Of a stretch of 64,000 nucleotides of DNA, positions 1-23,291 are shown piece after piece (positions within the stretch are counted from its first letter, which is position 1; every line of letters starts with the position of its first letter). Under the pieces are notes generated by a model. It made no database searches and was not told where the DNA came from. It saw only the letters and a list, made by a program, of their open reading frames with translations. The position numbers were made by a program, and so were the translations under genes. This DNA is from Amoebidium appalachense. Its lineage: Eukaryota > Protista > Ichthyosporea. The stretch covers positions 10,194,161 through 10,258,160 of the forward strand of contig CAVNZM010000001.1 of the NCBI GenBank assembly GCA_963693365.1, read 5' to 3'.

Positions 1-192
1 AAGATGTGATGGTGTTCTACCATAAGTTATGGGTGGTTTTTAGGGGGAGGAGACGGGAGGTTTTTTTTTTTTTTTTTTTTTTTTTGGGGGGGGGGGGGAG
101 TAAGAAATATAAGAGCTTCTTAAACGATTTAGCATGGTGTTAATATAGTGCCGGAAAAAGCAATAATCTGACTGGTGACGTCATGGGGTCAG

Positions 193-9230
<9,038 letters not shown>

Positions 9231-9621
9231 GCATGTGCGCAAACACCAAAACAACACGTGTTATCCTCTTTGTTGTTGCACACACGAAGAAAATAAAAGG
9301 AGGAAAGAACGAAGAATCGTTTGAGCTTTTGTGGGGCTGTTCTGTGAACAGTCCGACTTGCTCACATATGTTTAAAGCGGGTTTCAAGGGTTAAACACAA
9401 AGTTTTAAAGAATTAGATTACACTATTAGTTAGATATCATAATACGACGTCACCGCTGCATAAACAATGCACTAGAAGCATACTGTGCATTTCAACTTCA
9501 AGTTGTTATGATGTGCCATGGTCAACAATAAAGCAAAGTCGCGTGAAATATTTATTTTTCGCAGTGGTCAGACTTCGTCCGGCCGGCCCGCATCAACGAA
9601 GAAAATGGCGAGCGGGCGGGT

Positions 9622-9700
<79 letters not shown>

Positions 9701-9790
9701 CCCTTTGCTTTCGTGTTTTTGGCATGCCGTGTTGGCGTTTTAGTGTGCACGTGTGTGTGTCTGTGTCTGTGTCTGTGTGTGTGTGTGTCT

Positions 9791-9870
<80 letters not shown>

Positions 9871-10506
9871 AACCTTTTTTTTTCCCCAAGGGGAGAGAGA
9901 GAGGGCCCCGAGAGAGAGAGAGAGGGGGGGGGGGGGGGCTACTCCCGAGGTTTTCGAAAAGCCGATGCACAGTTTCCAGCCAAATCCCGTGATATTCGAT
10001 CAAAATAATTTTGCGGTGCTGTTGACTACTGATTTTGAGATAATCAATAATTTCCATTACAAAAGCCGTCAATCATCAATTCGCTTTGAATTCGCGCGTG
10101 CCGATAGTAGCCAATGGCAGCTGGCGTGGGCTCATGGTCGTTGGCCGATTTTATTGTACAGCTGGGTTTGGGTTTGTGGTTTGTTGTTTGTTGAACCCTT
10201 CGTGGTCAGCGTTTCTTGTTTCTTAGTTTTTCTTTTTTCCAGCCCCTTTTTCTTGTGCTTTTATTTCATTGACACAAGGCCATTCCTGCTGATAAAGGCA
10301 ATATATATATAAATATGACGTGATTTTTACTCACCAGTAACTTTACAGAAATCCATTCAACCTAAGCTGCCCGATTTATTGACACAGTCACAGAAGCCTT
10401 GAAGCTTCGGAGACAAAAACGAAACTTGCTAAACGAAACCCGCTGCAAAGAAGGAAACAAACTGAGTACTCAATTATCATCATACAGTCCGGCTTGTTAA
10501 TAGAAG

Positions 10507-11542
10507 ATGTATTCGCTGAGCGACATTCAAAGTAGGTGGCAAAGCATGTTGTTACTTGCGAACGAGTACTTCTCCCCGTTTCTTCCTCACACTGCTCCCC
10601 TGCCCTGTCCTCTCACTTAAATGTCCCCCCCCCCTTCCCCCCCCCTCTCCCCCTTTCTCCCTTCCCCCTCTCCCCCCAAAAAAACACATGCGCACGCACT
10701 CACACACGCACGCGCACAATATGCTCCAAGGGGAAAAGGACTGACCGAGTTGTAGAAATGTAGCCCGCTGGTTTTTCGCTCCCTTCCCTTTTTGTCCCCA
10801 CTATTTTGTCTTGTCCTTCTCGCAATCACTCAAAGTTTGTCCAAATCAGACATTATACACAATAGTAGCGTGTTTTTATTTGCTAACCACCCTTATTCTA
10901 TCCCTCAAAGGTCAATTACATTTACATGGCTACCTACCCCACTTTTTTGAGGTTGTTTTGTTTTCCTTTTGTTTCTCGCGATCTCGCGATCTCTTTGCTC
11001 ATTGAATTGTGTGTTATTAACGATCTCGCTCGACGCAGAAATCGGTCTGGGGCTGACCGGTTTCGGGCTCTTCTTTCTCGTCTTTGGCTCCTTGGCCGTG
11101 TTTGACCGAGGTCTCCTTGCCCTGGGCAACGTAAGTTCACGACATTTGTTTTCTTGCTCTTTGTGTTCCCGTGTTTAGCAAAAAGAATGTCCTTGACTGG
11201 GGACTTGGAGGGGAATAGAGACAATGAGCCTGAAATTGTCTTTCGAGTGAACCCCTCCCCCCTCCCACCCCCCCTTACTTTTAAACCATTCTGTTGTGGA
11301 GGTATAGGAACCCCCCTTATCATGGGCTCCTGGAGAATGGGCCTTGTCAAGTTTTGTTGCAAGGGGTGGGAAGGGGAAGAGTCTAGGCACCCTAGTTAGT
11401 GTTGAAATAGAGAACCCCAACTAGCGGCCTTACAGAAGCATGGGGACTGGTAGACTGCAGGCATGTTGGCGAGTTTATTTCTGGAGAGGGGAGGGGGGGG
11501 GGGGGGAAAGGGGGGATGCCCACGTATCTTTCTCGCCCCTTT

Positions 11543-11625
<83 letters not shown>

Positions 11626-11829
11626 CGTGTTGTTTCTCCTTTCCCTTCTTCCTTTTCTTTTAATTTTATTCTCATTTTGTTTTTTCTTTCCTTTTTATCC
11701 TTTTTCTTTGTCTTACTTGCTATGATAATCAAAGTTTCACATTTTTTGGGCCATGATGTCCATGTTTGTGCATGGCAGGTTTTACTACTTGGTGCCTGAA
11801 GTCAAAATAAAAACCCCACGCTCCAAGCT

Positions 11830-11864
<35 letters not shown>

Positions 11865-12038
11865 GTAATGGCTGCTTGTTTAGTCGGAGTCCCTTCTCAC
11901 TTTCTCCATACCCCCCCCCCCCCCCTCATCGCCCCATCCTCCCCTCCCTCGCTGCCTTTCCTCCCGCGGCACATACATTCACCTGACTCTGTGGGCACAC
12001 ATGCACAGATCCTGCTTTTTGTTGGTCTAGCCACACAG

Positions 12039-12087
<49 letters not shown>

Positions 12088-12109
12088 ACACACACAAACA
12101 GCACACACA

Positions 12110-12144
<35 letters not shown>

Positions 12145-12460
12145 TCGGCTTTCCTCCTCCGTTGGGGCATAAAACTAACCCACACACACACACACACAGA
12201 TTCTGCTTGTGGCTGGTCTAGCCACAGTCAATGGAATGCAAAAGACCGTCATAAAATTCTTTGGAAGCACCCAGCGCCTTCCAGGGGCCGTTCTATTTTT
12301 GGGCGGTGCCGTGCTGGTGGGGTTGGGGTACGCCGCCGTTGGATTGGTCGTGGAGGTGGTGGGCCTGGTGCATCTATTCTGGTATGTGTTCTTTTGGGGG
12401 GGGGGGGGAGGAGATTTGTTTCGTTGGTGGTAGCGGTGGTTTTCATTTTATTCCACGGGC

Positions 12461-12508
<48 letters not shown>

Positions 12509-12543
12509 TTTTTTGAATGGTGGCGGTGGTGGTTTTTTTTTTT

Positions 12544-12574
<31 letters not shown>

Positions 12575-12913
12575 GGGGGGGTGCAAGGGTAAATATTTGG
12601 GTATTTGGGTGAAGAGCGGTGGGGAGAAGGGTGCTACCTTCCATTCCATATCAGGGAGGTATTGTGGTATTTTACTGCTACCTTCCATATAAGGGAATTA
12701 TTGTGGTATTTTACTTACTACCTTCCATGTGAGGGAGGAGTTATGGTAAATTACCGACGACCTTTTATATTGAAACAGAGTTCTATTTTATTACTAACTC
12801 CCTTCCATATTAGGGAGGCGATTCCGCTGACCATCAGCTATGTGCGCCGACTACCAGTGCTCGGTGCACTGCTCAGCTACCCCCCATTGGCCCAGGTGTG
12901 TGCCTGTGTCTGT

Positions 12914-12947
<34 letters not shown>

Positions 12948-13010
12948 TGGGGGGGGGGGGGGGGGGGGGGGGGGTTGGCCCAGGTGCGTGTGCATATTTG
13001 TGTGTGTGGG

Positions 13011-13042
<32 letters not shown>

Positions 13043-13476
13043 GTGGAGGGGGGAGGGGGGGGGAGGGGGGGAGATGTTGTGGGCTTGTGGTGTTTGGATG
13101 TGTGTGTGTGTGTGTGGTAGAGAGCGTGGGGCTGTGTGCAGGAGTTTCTTTTTTTTTTCTGCTTACGGGGGGGAGGGGGCTTTCTTCACAACCAACCACC
13201 ATTACTCGCTGCATTCAAATCACACACACTGTCTTCCCCTGCGGCCCCTCTCACAGTTCCTCTTTTCCTTTTTTATGTCTTTGTTCGTCTTTTTGCTTCT
13301 GATTTTCCCATTCTCTAGAGCATATCCCCCCCCCCCCCGCCCCCGCCCCCCCGCCGGCAACACAAACAAACACACACGCACACCTTTCCTCTCTCGTGTG
13401 CGAGTAACCATTACATAGCTCATATTGTTGTTCTCTCCAGGTGTTGGACATGTGCGTGCCCCAACATGCATTCTAG
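10507..13476 (+). CDS. GOLT1: Got1/GOLT1 family Golgi vesicle transport protein; 5 exons
   Basis: Exons 10507-10531, 11039-11130, 12200-12381, 12814-12895, 13441-13476 join to MYSLSDIQKIGLGLTGFGLFFLVFGSLAVFDRGLLALGNILLVAGLA...FLGGAVLVGLG...VRRLPVLGALLSYP...HAF*. This matches the Got1 pattern (KIGxGLTGFG, FDxxLLAxGN, RRxPVLG). Confidence 0.92.
12634..12820 (+). repeat. About 40-bp degenerate tandem repeat containing the GOLT1 exon-4 splice acceptor
   Basis: CCTTCCAT(A/G)TNAGGGA units start near 12634, 12678, 12718, 12759 (degenerate) and 12798. The last unit is the acceptor used in the gene model. Confidence 0.75.
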
Positions 13477-15804
13477 AATGCCAACGAATGTTCGGGAACA
13501 CTCCGGCACTTCGAATTCCGCCAACAGTACTACTTGTGCCCCTTATATGTATATAAAGACGACTGAATTACATAAAACCAGTACGTATGATTGATTTTTA
13601 ACTGTGCCTTTCTATTGGTGTGTTGGGGAGTTAAATTTTGATGTTTTGTTTTGATCTGATAGTGCACTTGGTTGGCGGATTGTGGGTTACGTACACAGAA
13701 TGTTAACTTTGGATGCTCTTCGTGTTCTTGGTTTGATATGCCATATATAACATTCAACCTTTTCTACATTTCTACACTATCTTGTTCAATACTTCTAAGT
13801 CGATCAACACAAATCAACCTTGCATCGAAAAAGAAACTAGTGTATTAGTCGCTCGTAACTTGCGGTAAAACTTCCCCTTCTCCCACGGGAGAAGGGTTGG
13901 TTTTGTGAACTCTATGAAACTTTATAGAGATAATGGCTTTTTTTAATTCCAAAAGAGAGTGAAGACTATTCAAATGATATATCCCATGGCTTTCTTTTTG
14001 TTTTCTCATTCATTCAAGGGATGGTAACCCAAATAATGTAAATACTTCTGTGTTGGGTTTGAAGGCTTTACTACGTAAACTTTGCATTGAATCACACGTG
14101 TAGATCGAAACACGCAACAGGTCCTGTACCATGCGCCCATAATTCTAAATTCTGAGCGATAACAACCTATGTGTAACTTCTGATAACCATTCCTTGGTTC
14201 CAATTAGCTGCTTTGTATTCGAAAGTTAGCCTTTTTAGGCTAGTTATGCGACTGCATGGGAGGTTTTGATCGGCTGCCAACATATGGAAATATATCTGCA
14301 TTGGGCTGGTTCCCAAAGCACAAACCGTCGTGTGGTAAAAACCCTAAAAACGCGTTCCCACTGCAACTTTCAATCCTCCCCTAAAAAAGTTCAACTAGCT
14401 TCTACGCAGTCGTGCGCACAAGCTTACACGCACATGCGCGGCCCGGGCGCACACCATGGCATGCAACGGCACGTGCACGCACACAAGCACACACACACAC
14501 ACACACACATATGGGGGGGGGGGGGGGGGGGATAGCTTTTGGCTTTGCGTCAGCTGCAGTGGGATGCAGGCCTATAGGTGGGTTGGTGTAGTACAGGCCA
14601 ATAATCCATCGGTGGGCATATGCATATCTATGCAACGTTAGCTCTCACTGACGTACAGGTTATATCTGGCCACAGGTTACAGAATATCTTCTCGACCTGA
14701 GTGAACTTGCAATTGAAAGGGCGAGTGTTGCCCAGTAGTACCTACTTTAGCTAAGGTTACTCCCGGACCGGTAAAGTCTTTTTAAAAGTTACAAAGCCTC
14801 GAGGCAGCCAAAAGAGTGAGAGGAAGAGAGGAGGGGGGAGGGGGGAGGGGGGGGGGGGGGGGGGGGGGGGGAGGGGGGGGGGGGGAAGGGGAGGGGGGAG
14901 GGGGGAGGGGGGGGGGGGAAGGAGAGGGGGGGGGGAGCGGAAGAGGGGGGAGGGGAGGGGAGGGGGGGGGCGGGGGGGGGTTGAGTTAATAAGTTAATTA
15001 GTTAATTAGTCTTTGTTTTATAGCTAGTGAAGAAGGGAGGCCCGGCCCCTGGGCCGGAGAACATAGCGTTGCATTTTGCAGTTGCATATAATGTTGCATT
15101 TTTCGGGGGGTTTTTTTTTTTTTTTTTTTTTTTTTTTTCTTTAAAAAAAAAAAAGGGAATTTGTTAGTTTGTTTACCACATCATGTGAAACCGAGTCCGT
15201 TCATTATCAGATGCATGACACAAGACCGTGGGAAGGATGGCACGCATGCTATAATAACCAAAGAAAAATTTGGGGATAAAAGAAAGAAAAAAAGAAAAGG
15301 GAAGAACACCGAGGACATTAGTTAACTAACAATCCCGGGTGACTTGACATTTGTATAATGTTTCCATAAAGTCACCAAGTTGAAGTTTGCTTACATGAAA
15401 AAACATAATTTCAATGCAGTTTTAAATCATGATATTAATATTATGATATTCGCTCAAAATCATTTAACAATGAAATCAAAAACCTTCGTAAAAAACCAGT
15501 CAATAATGGGATTCGAACCAGTCCCATGGATTAAACTTTTTAAAGGCACATAGGCAAGCTCCGTTTACGTAGTACGTACGTGCAATACGATGACAGCCTA
15601 AGGGTCAAAAACGGCAGCTTATATTCAAGCACGGCGCTGCGGATAGTCCTCCAAAAAGGGTACTGATAGAGATATTTTTTCAACCAAACCTTTTTTTGGG
15701 GAAGAAAAGATTGCGGGACTCATTATTAGCGTCATTAAACCCCCCCCCCCCCTTCCCCCCCCTCTCCCCTCCACCCCCCTCCCTCACACCCCTTTATTCC
15801 TCCT

Positions 15805-17208
15805 TTACACGGCATCCCCAGCAAAGAAAAGGGACTGTGTAGACATGGGACTATTATTAACCCCTTTCATAGTAGCCCCAGTTAGATTCTTCTGCAAGCT
15901 CACAGGACCCGTCACCATTCTTAAACCGGCGTTTCCTGCGAAATTCTCGTTTTTGCGTCCGATAATCCACTCATATGCAACAATGGTAGCCAAAGCATCG
16001 CCGACATAAATAATAAACGCTGTCTGTGCGAGCGAGGCGGTAGAGTCACGAAAAAAGCGCTTCCGATGAATGTGCTGCCCAAAACCATTGTGATTATTGT
16101 AATTACGATGGTGGCGACGATAACACGGATATTATTGTGATAGTCGAGATATCTAAGGTCTATCTCGGTCCCCTTAACCATGTAACGGTAGCTCCACATT
16201 GGAAAAACGATAAAATCACGACGCACCCGATGAAGTTAAGGTACTGCGTGCCGAAATCCATGTCGTAACAATACGTCCAGATGATTGGTGGGTTGGAGAC
16301 CCCCAGCCAAACACACACCATAAATGGTAAGGGGCGATAATATTCAAACAGCCCAAGAACGCAGAACCCTTTGCTACGGAACATGAGATAAAGAATACGC
16401 AGCCGTTGCAAAACACCCGAAATGCAACAAAGGAGAAAAGCGACTCCTAGGAGTTTCGTCGCGAGATGCCAACGGACAAACTGCCGTTTCCCCGCTTCAA
16501 TCTCGTCGACGGAAGTATAGAGCGTGGGATCGAGGAAGTCACCTTTCGCGGATAGATAACCGCTGAAATTTAGCAAATTTAGCGTGTAGGCGACGATGAA
16601 CCCCAAGGCGCAGAACCCAAACTGGTTGATGAAAAACCACCCTCTCACCTTCACCGTATGCCGGTTTCGAGCCCTGTAGCTCGCCGACCACACGCCGAAA
16701 AGAAGCAATAAAAGAAAGGCGTTAATTCCGAATTCGATGGATGTCATCCACCTATCCTTGGGCCTGTATTCGTTGTAAATCGCAATCAAACTCTGCCGAG
16801 ACTGCATCAGCGAAAGTAGGAGCGTGCCTTTTTCTCCCCGGTCCGGCGTGCTCCATTTTCGCGTGTGTTTCTTTCATTTGCGCCATGATCAGAACCATGT
16901 AGTAATGGCACGAATACGGGTGATATATCTGAATTAACATAAGGTGCGCCGCATAGCATGCTGAGCAAACAAGACAAATGCTGAAAAATGCGGCCCAGGT
17001 CACCGCGTAGTATTTACGGAGAATTTGTTCGTAATTCCCTGGATCGGCCGGGCCGGATGTTCCATTTTCGAACAGAAGACCCGTGTTGCTCTACGAGGGA
17101 ATTTGGGAGCCGCCGCGGCTTTTGTACTTTGGCGACTTCTTACGGCGATTGTTATCTGAAATTTGTGAAGATTTTGAGACACGGGATGAGTTTCTTTATG
17201 CTGCCCAT
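15805..17208 (-). pseudogene. Frameshifted paralog of the 8-TM class C GPCR-like gene at 23292-24563
   Basis: Colinear peptides in at least 4 frames: ILRKYYAVTWAAFFSICLVCSACY; RARNRHTVKVRGWFFINQF..GYLSAKGDFLDP..VLQRLRILYLMF..YRPLP..QYLNFIG; WSYRYMVKGTEIDLRYLDYHNNIRVI; ATIVAYEWII. No introns. The start is approximate, and the frameshifts could be assembly indels. Confidence 0.8.
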
Positions 17209-17399
17209 TTCCACCAAATTGAATGGTTTCACTGAACTTGCACCGGTTCTGTGAAAAAACAGGAAAGAGTTTTAATTATTGAAACCCGTGAGCAGATATT
17301 TTTTTTTGTTATAATGCAGTATGATTGACTGTTTGGGATGACAATGTAAATATGTTGCGAGTCATTATAATAATGCATACTCTCTTGTAGGTTACGTTG

Positions 17400-18750
<1,351 letters not shown>

Positions 18751-19091
18751 TGTGTGGGAGCTCGGTGTATCTGAGTTGTGGTACCATGAGCCCCCCATTG
18801 GCGCTGCCGCTGGCTGGGGTGTAACTTAGTGCACGATATTGGGCTACATACTGAGTTTGTACTATATATTAGTTAGGTTAGGCAACGGTGTGTTAGCTCA
18901 GTAGTTGATTGCACTTTTAGCTTGAACTAGGGTACAGTCGGTGCTGTGTGGAAGAGGGCACTTCAGGCTATGATGGCCCCCTTAGGGGGGTCCCAGGAAC
19001 CCTCCGGGAACAAAACGGAGTAACTTTTTAATTAAAAAAGTTGTTTTGAAAATGAATTGCCATCCTTTACAGTTGGTGGGAAGGCCGCAGT

Positions 19092-19135
<44 letters not shown>

Positions 19136-19482
19136 CGCAGAGAGTTAATGACGCGTTTCTGGAAAGGAATTCTGAATCGTGACACAGTTCCAAACTTTAG
19201 TAGCCGGCATTAGCGGGGAATATATCATCCACCTCACTGGAACCCGGGAGGAAACAAAGTATGAGGTGGCACTACAGTCCTTTGCCCCCCTTCAAGGGTC
19301 CCCCCCCCCCCCCCCCTCCCTCCCCCCCCCCCCCCTATCCCCCTTCACCCCCTCCCCCCCCCCCCCCCCCCCCCCTTCCACCCCCCCATCATCAGAGCAC
19401 CAAGTGCAGCACTACACAGGCCCAAGAAACTTGGAAACCCTGGCAGAGTCTGACCGTGAGATATTGAGTTTATCGCGCAAAA

Positions 19483-19700
19483 ATGCACCGAAATATCTGA
19501 GAAATAAAAGCCTTCGTGTAAACTGTAAACCACTGTTTTCTGCACCTGAAATCCGTGACATTGGGGGTTTTACTGTGTGGCACAACAATGCACCCAAATC
19601 TGCGAAATTTAAAGTTTAGCAACTTAAATGAACCTGAAATTCGCAAAAGTTAGGGGCTTCTGTATGCAACGAAGATGCACCTGAAATTCAGAAAACAAAG
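19483..19700. repeat. Degenerate tandem repeat (about 40-60 bp period) with core TGCACCTGAAAT
   Basis: Core motif variants near 19483, 19541, 19588, 19629 and 19676. Confidence 0.6.
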
Positions 19701-20024
19701 TCCTTGTCTTTTTCATTAAGTAGGGTAAGGCTTGGCATATATATACCGAAGTTAACTATATGTAAATCTAGCCGCTGTTGGCAACATTGACACCAATGGG
19801 CCCCCTCAGAGCTGTCTATAGCCCGATTAGGGTCATTCAGCACTCACACTGTCAGTGTGAAACAAATTGGAGAAAACTAAAAGTTTCAGGGCCCATTCGA
19901 AAAAAGAGGGGTAGGGGTGGGGGGTGGGGGGGAATTTCCTTTTTTCTTTCTGAAACTCAGAACTTTCTGTTCTGTCTTCCCCCCCCCCCCCCCCCCCCCC
20001 CCCCCTCCTCCCACTCTAAAATTT

Positions 20025-20121
<97 letters not shown>

Positions 20122-21317
20122 TGGTGGTGGGGGGGTGGGGGGGGGGGGGGGGGGGGGCAGCATGGTATTGTTGTTTCTCCTGGTGGGACTCCTGAGGCCC
20201 CGGAGGGGAGGTGGAAACGTGATAAACTTCTTAGACTGATCCAGCCAGCCTCTGTCGAATGCTTTTACACCACTGGTATGAGGAGAGGAGGGCAATTCGA
20301 TGAGGCTTATACTATATAGGGCAAGTCAGCGAGACATACATCGTATTTGGTAACTAGTGAGGCAATTGGATTGGTTATCATTTCTTATTGGCTAAATGGA
20401 AATAGACCGATAACAATCCGACTACTGATTGGTCTAGAGCGCACGCACCGCCTGGCATGCTCTACTTTGCACAGTCGATCACGTGCACACTTCTCAGTCG
20501 TACGCCTGTACGTGAGTGAAGTGTGACTTGCACAAACACCGATCACAGTCAATTCTCGTCTTGGGGGGGGGGGGGGGGGGGGGGGGGGGGCAATCACGAG
20601 CGGGGGTAAGGATAGGGGGGTTGGAGGGGCTAGGGGGAGGGGGGAGGGGGGGCAAGGGGGAGAGGAGGGACCAAGCATCCCTCCGGCTTCTATGCCTGCA
20701 TATTAGAATCTGATGAATGTGACATGAATTTGCACAATTATGCAGGAGCCTCACGATACTCAATTCCAGATCGTTGAAAGTATTAATGAATTTCAATGCA
20801 AACACACTCACTTTGCAAACACACTGCACTATGCAAACACACAGACGATGCAAACACATACACAGCTACACACGTGGCCATGCTCACATAGCAGAAGGAG
20901 AGCCAGGAGAGATACTGACACACACGTGTGCGCGTGCCTGCGCCCGCTCGCCTGCGCACATATGTACACGCGCGCTCAAGCCGCGCACTCCGCCCTACAC
21001 AAATCCGGAAATGCACGTGGGCACGTAGTCGCACATATAAGCAGGCACGTTGTAACAGATACACATGTTACACACGCAAACATTCGCACACGGTGTCATA
21101 CACACATACATACTGTCCAACAACAAAAAAGGGAACACGCACATTCACCCACCCACCCACCCACCCACCCACACACACACACTGTTCCCTGGCACAAGGG
21201 CAGGCATACATATCCCCGCACGCACATGTACGGAACAAAGGCACAAGCACTCCGTGCACGTGTACACGTCTAACGACCCAAAGCTTTTGTTCAATGATAT
21301 GGCACACACATACGCTT

Positions 21318-22434
<1,117 letters not shown>

Positions 22435-23131
22435 AGGGTAGGGGGGCGAGTGGTGGTGGTGGTGGTGGTGGGAGGGGGTGAGGGGGCAGAAGCCGGTTGC
22501 CGGGGGGGTGGATATCGATGTTGAGGCTCAACACACATTGCTTATATTTAGTTGCTGGTGAAAATTCTACACCGTACCGGATTTTGGTACTGAGCTATTC
22601 ATTGTTCTTTAGTGAGCAGAATATCTAACGACGTAGCTACTGCGATACAGTCTTCGGCAAACTATGTGAGATAATTCGCATGACATGAGCGTGAATCGAA
22701 CTTACTGGACATTTTCAAATCAATAATTAAAAAGTACCAAACAAAACCTCAATCACCAACTCCAAGAAGGCAAAGTTTTATTCTATTTACTACTGCAACC
22801 TGAATGACCTGCATCTATTGGTATTCGTGCATCATACATTTCAGTATAGTAATCACACACTTCTTTTCTCAAGGCTTGGCCAACTCCACCGGCCCGGTTA
22901 CCAAACATTCAATAAAATGCCAATAGAGACAGTCGACAACTACTTGGGCCAATCAGCCAAATACTGACATGTGTGTGTACACACCCACTGGCAAAGGAAA
23001 GAAACCTTCTATCACGTATATACATCTTTCACGGGTGCTACATTCCAGCTCCAACAAAATGAAAGGCAATGATAAAAAACCACAATCAACTTCATCATTA
23101 GTAAGAGTTTGAACGACATTACAATGCCCAC

Positions 23132-23162
<31 letters not shown>

Positions 23163-23291
23163 GGGGGAAAAAAACACACACACACCAGCAACGTTAACAG
23201 ATTTTTTCTAGACCTCACTCAAATCATACCTGTGGCTGAGTCCCGAAATCCATTATTCGATTAAGGCTAAGCGCCAAATTTAGCACCGTGT

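Noticed and set aside
9520-10027. Weak inverted repeat between DLAT and GOLT1
   Set aside because: Too degenerate, and no TSD.
12634-12820. Repeat array with CRISPR-like spacing
   Set aside because: The intervening sequences resemble each other, the context is a eukaryotic intron, and there are no cas genes.
13836-13896. Perfect hairpin CCCTTCTCCC-AC-GGGAGAAGGG near CTAG, as a Helitron end or terminator
   Set aside because: Spacing to CTAG is too long, and there is no second copy or 5' end.
15505-15525. Isolated B-box-like GGTTCGAATCCC on the minus strand
   Set aside because: No A box or cloverleaf nearby.
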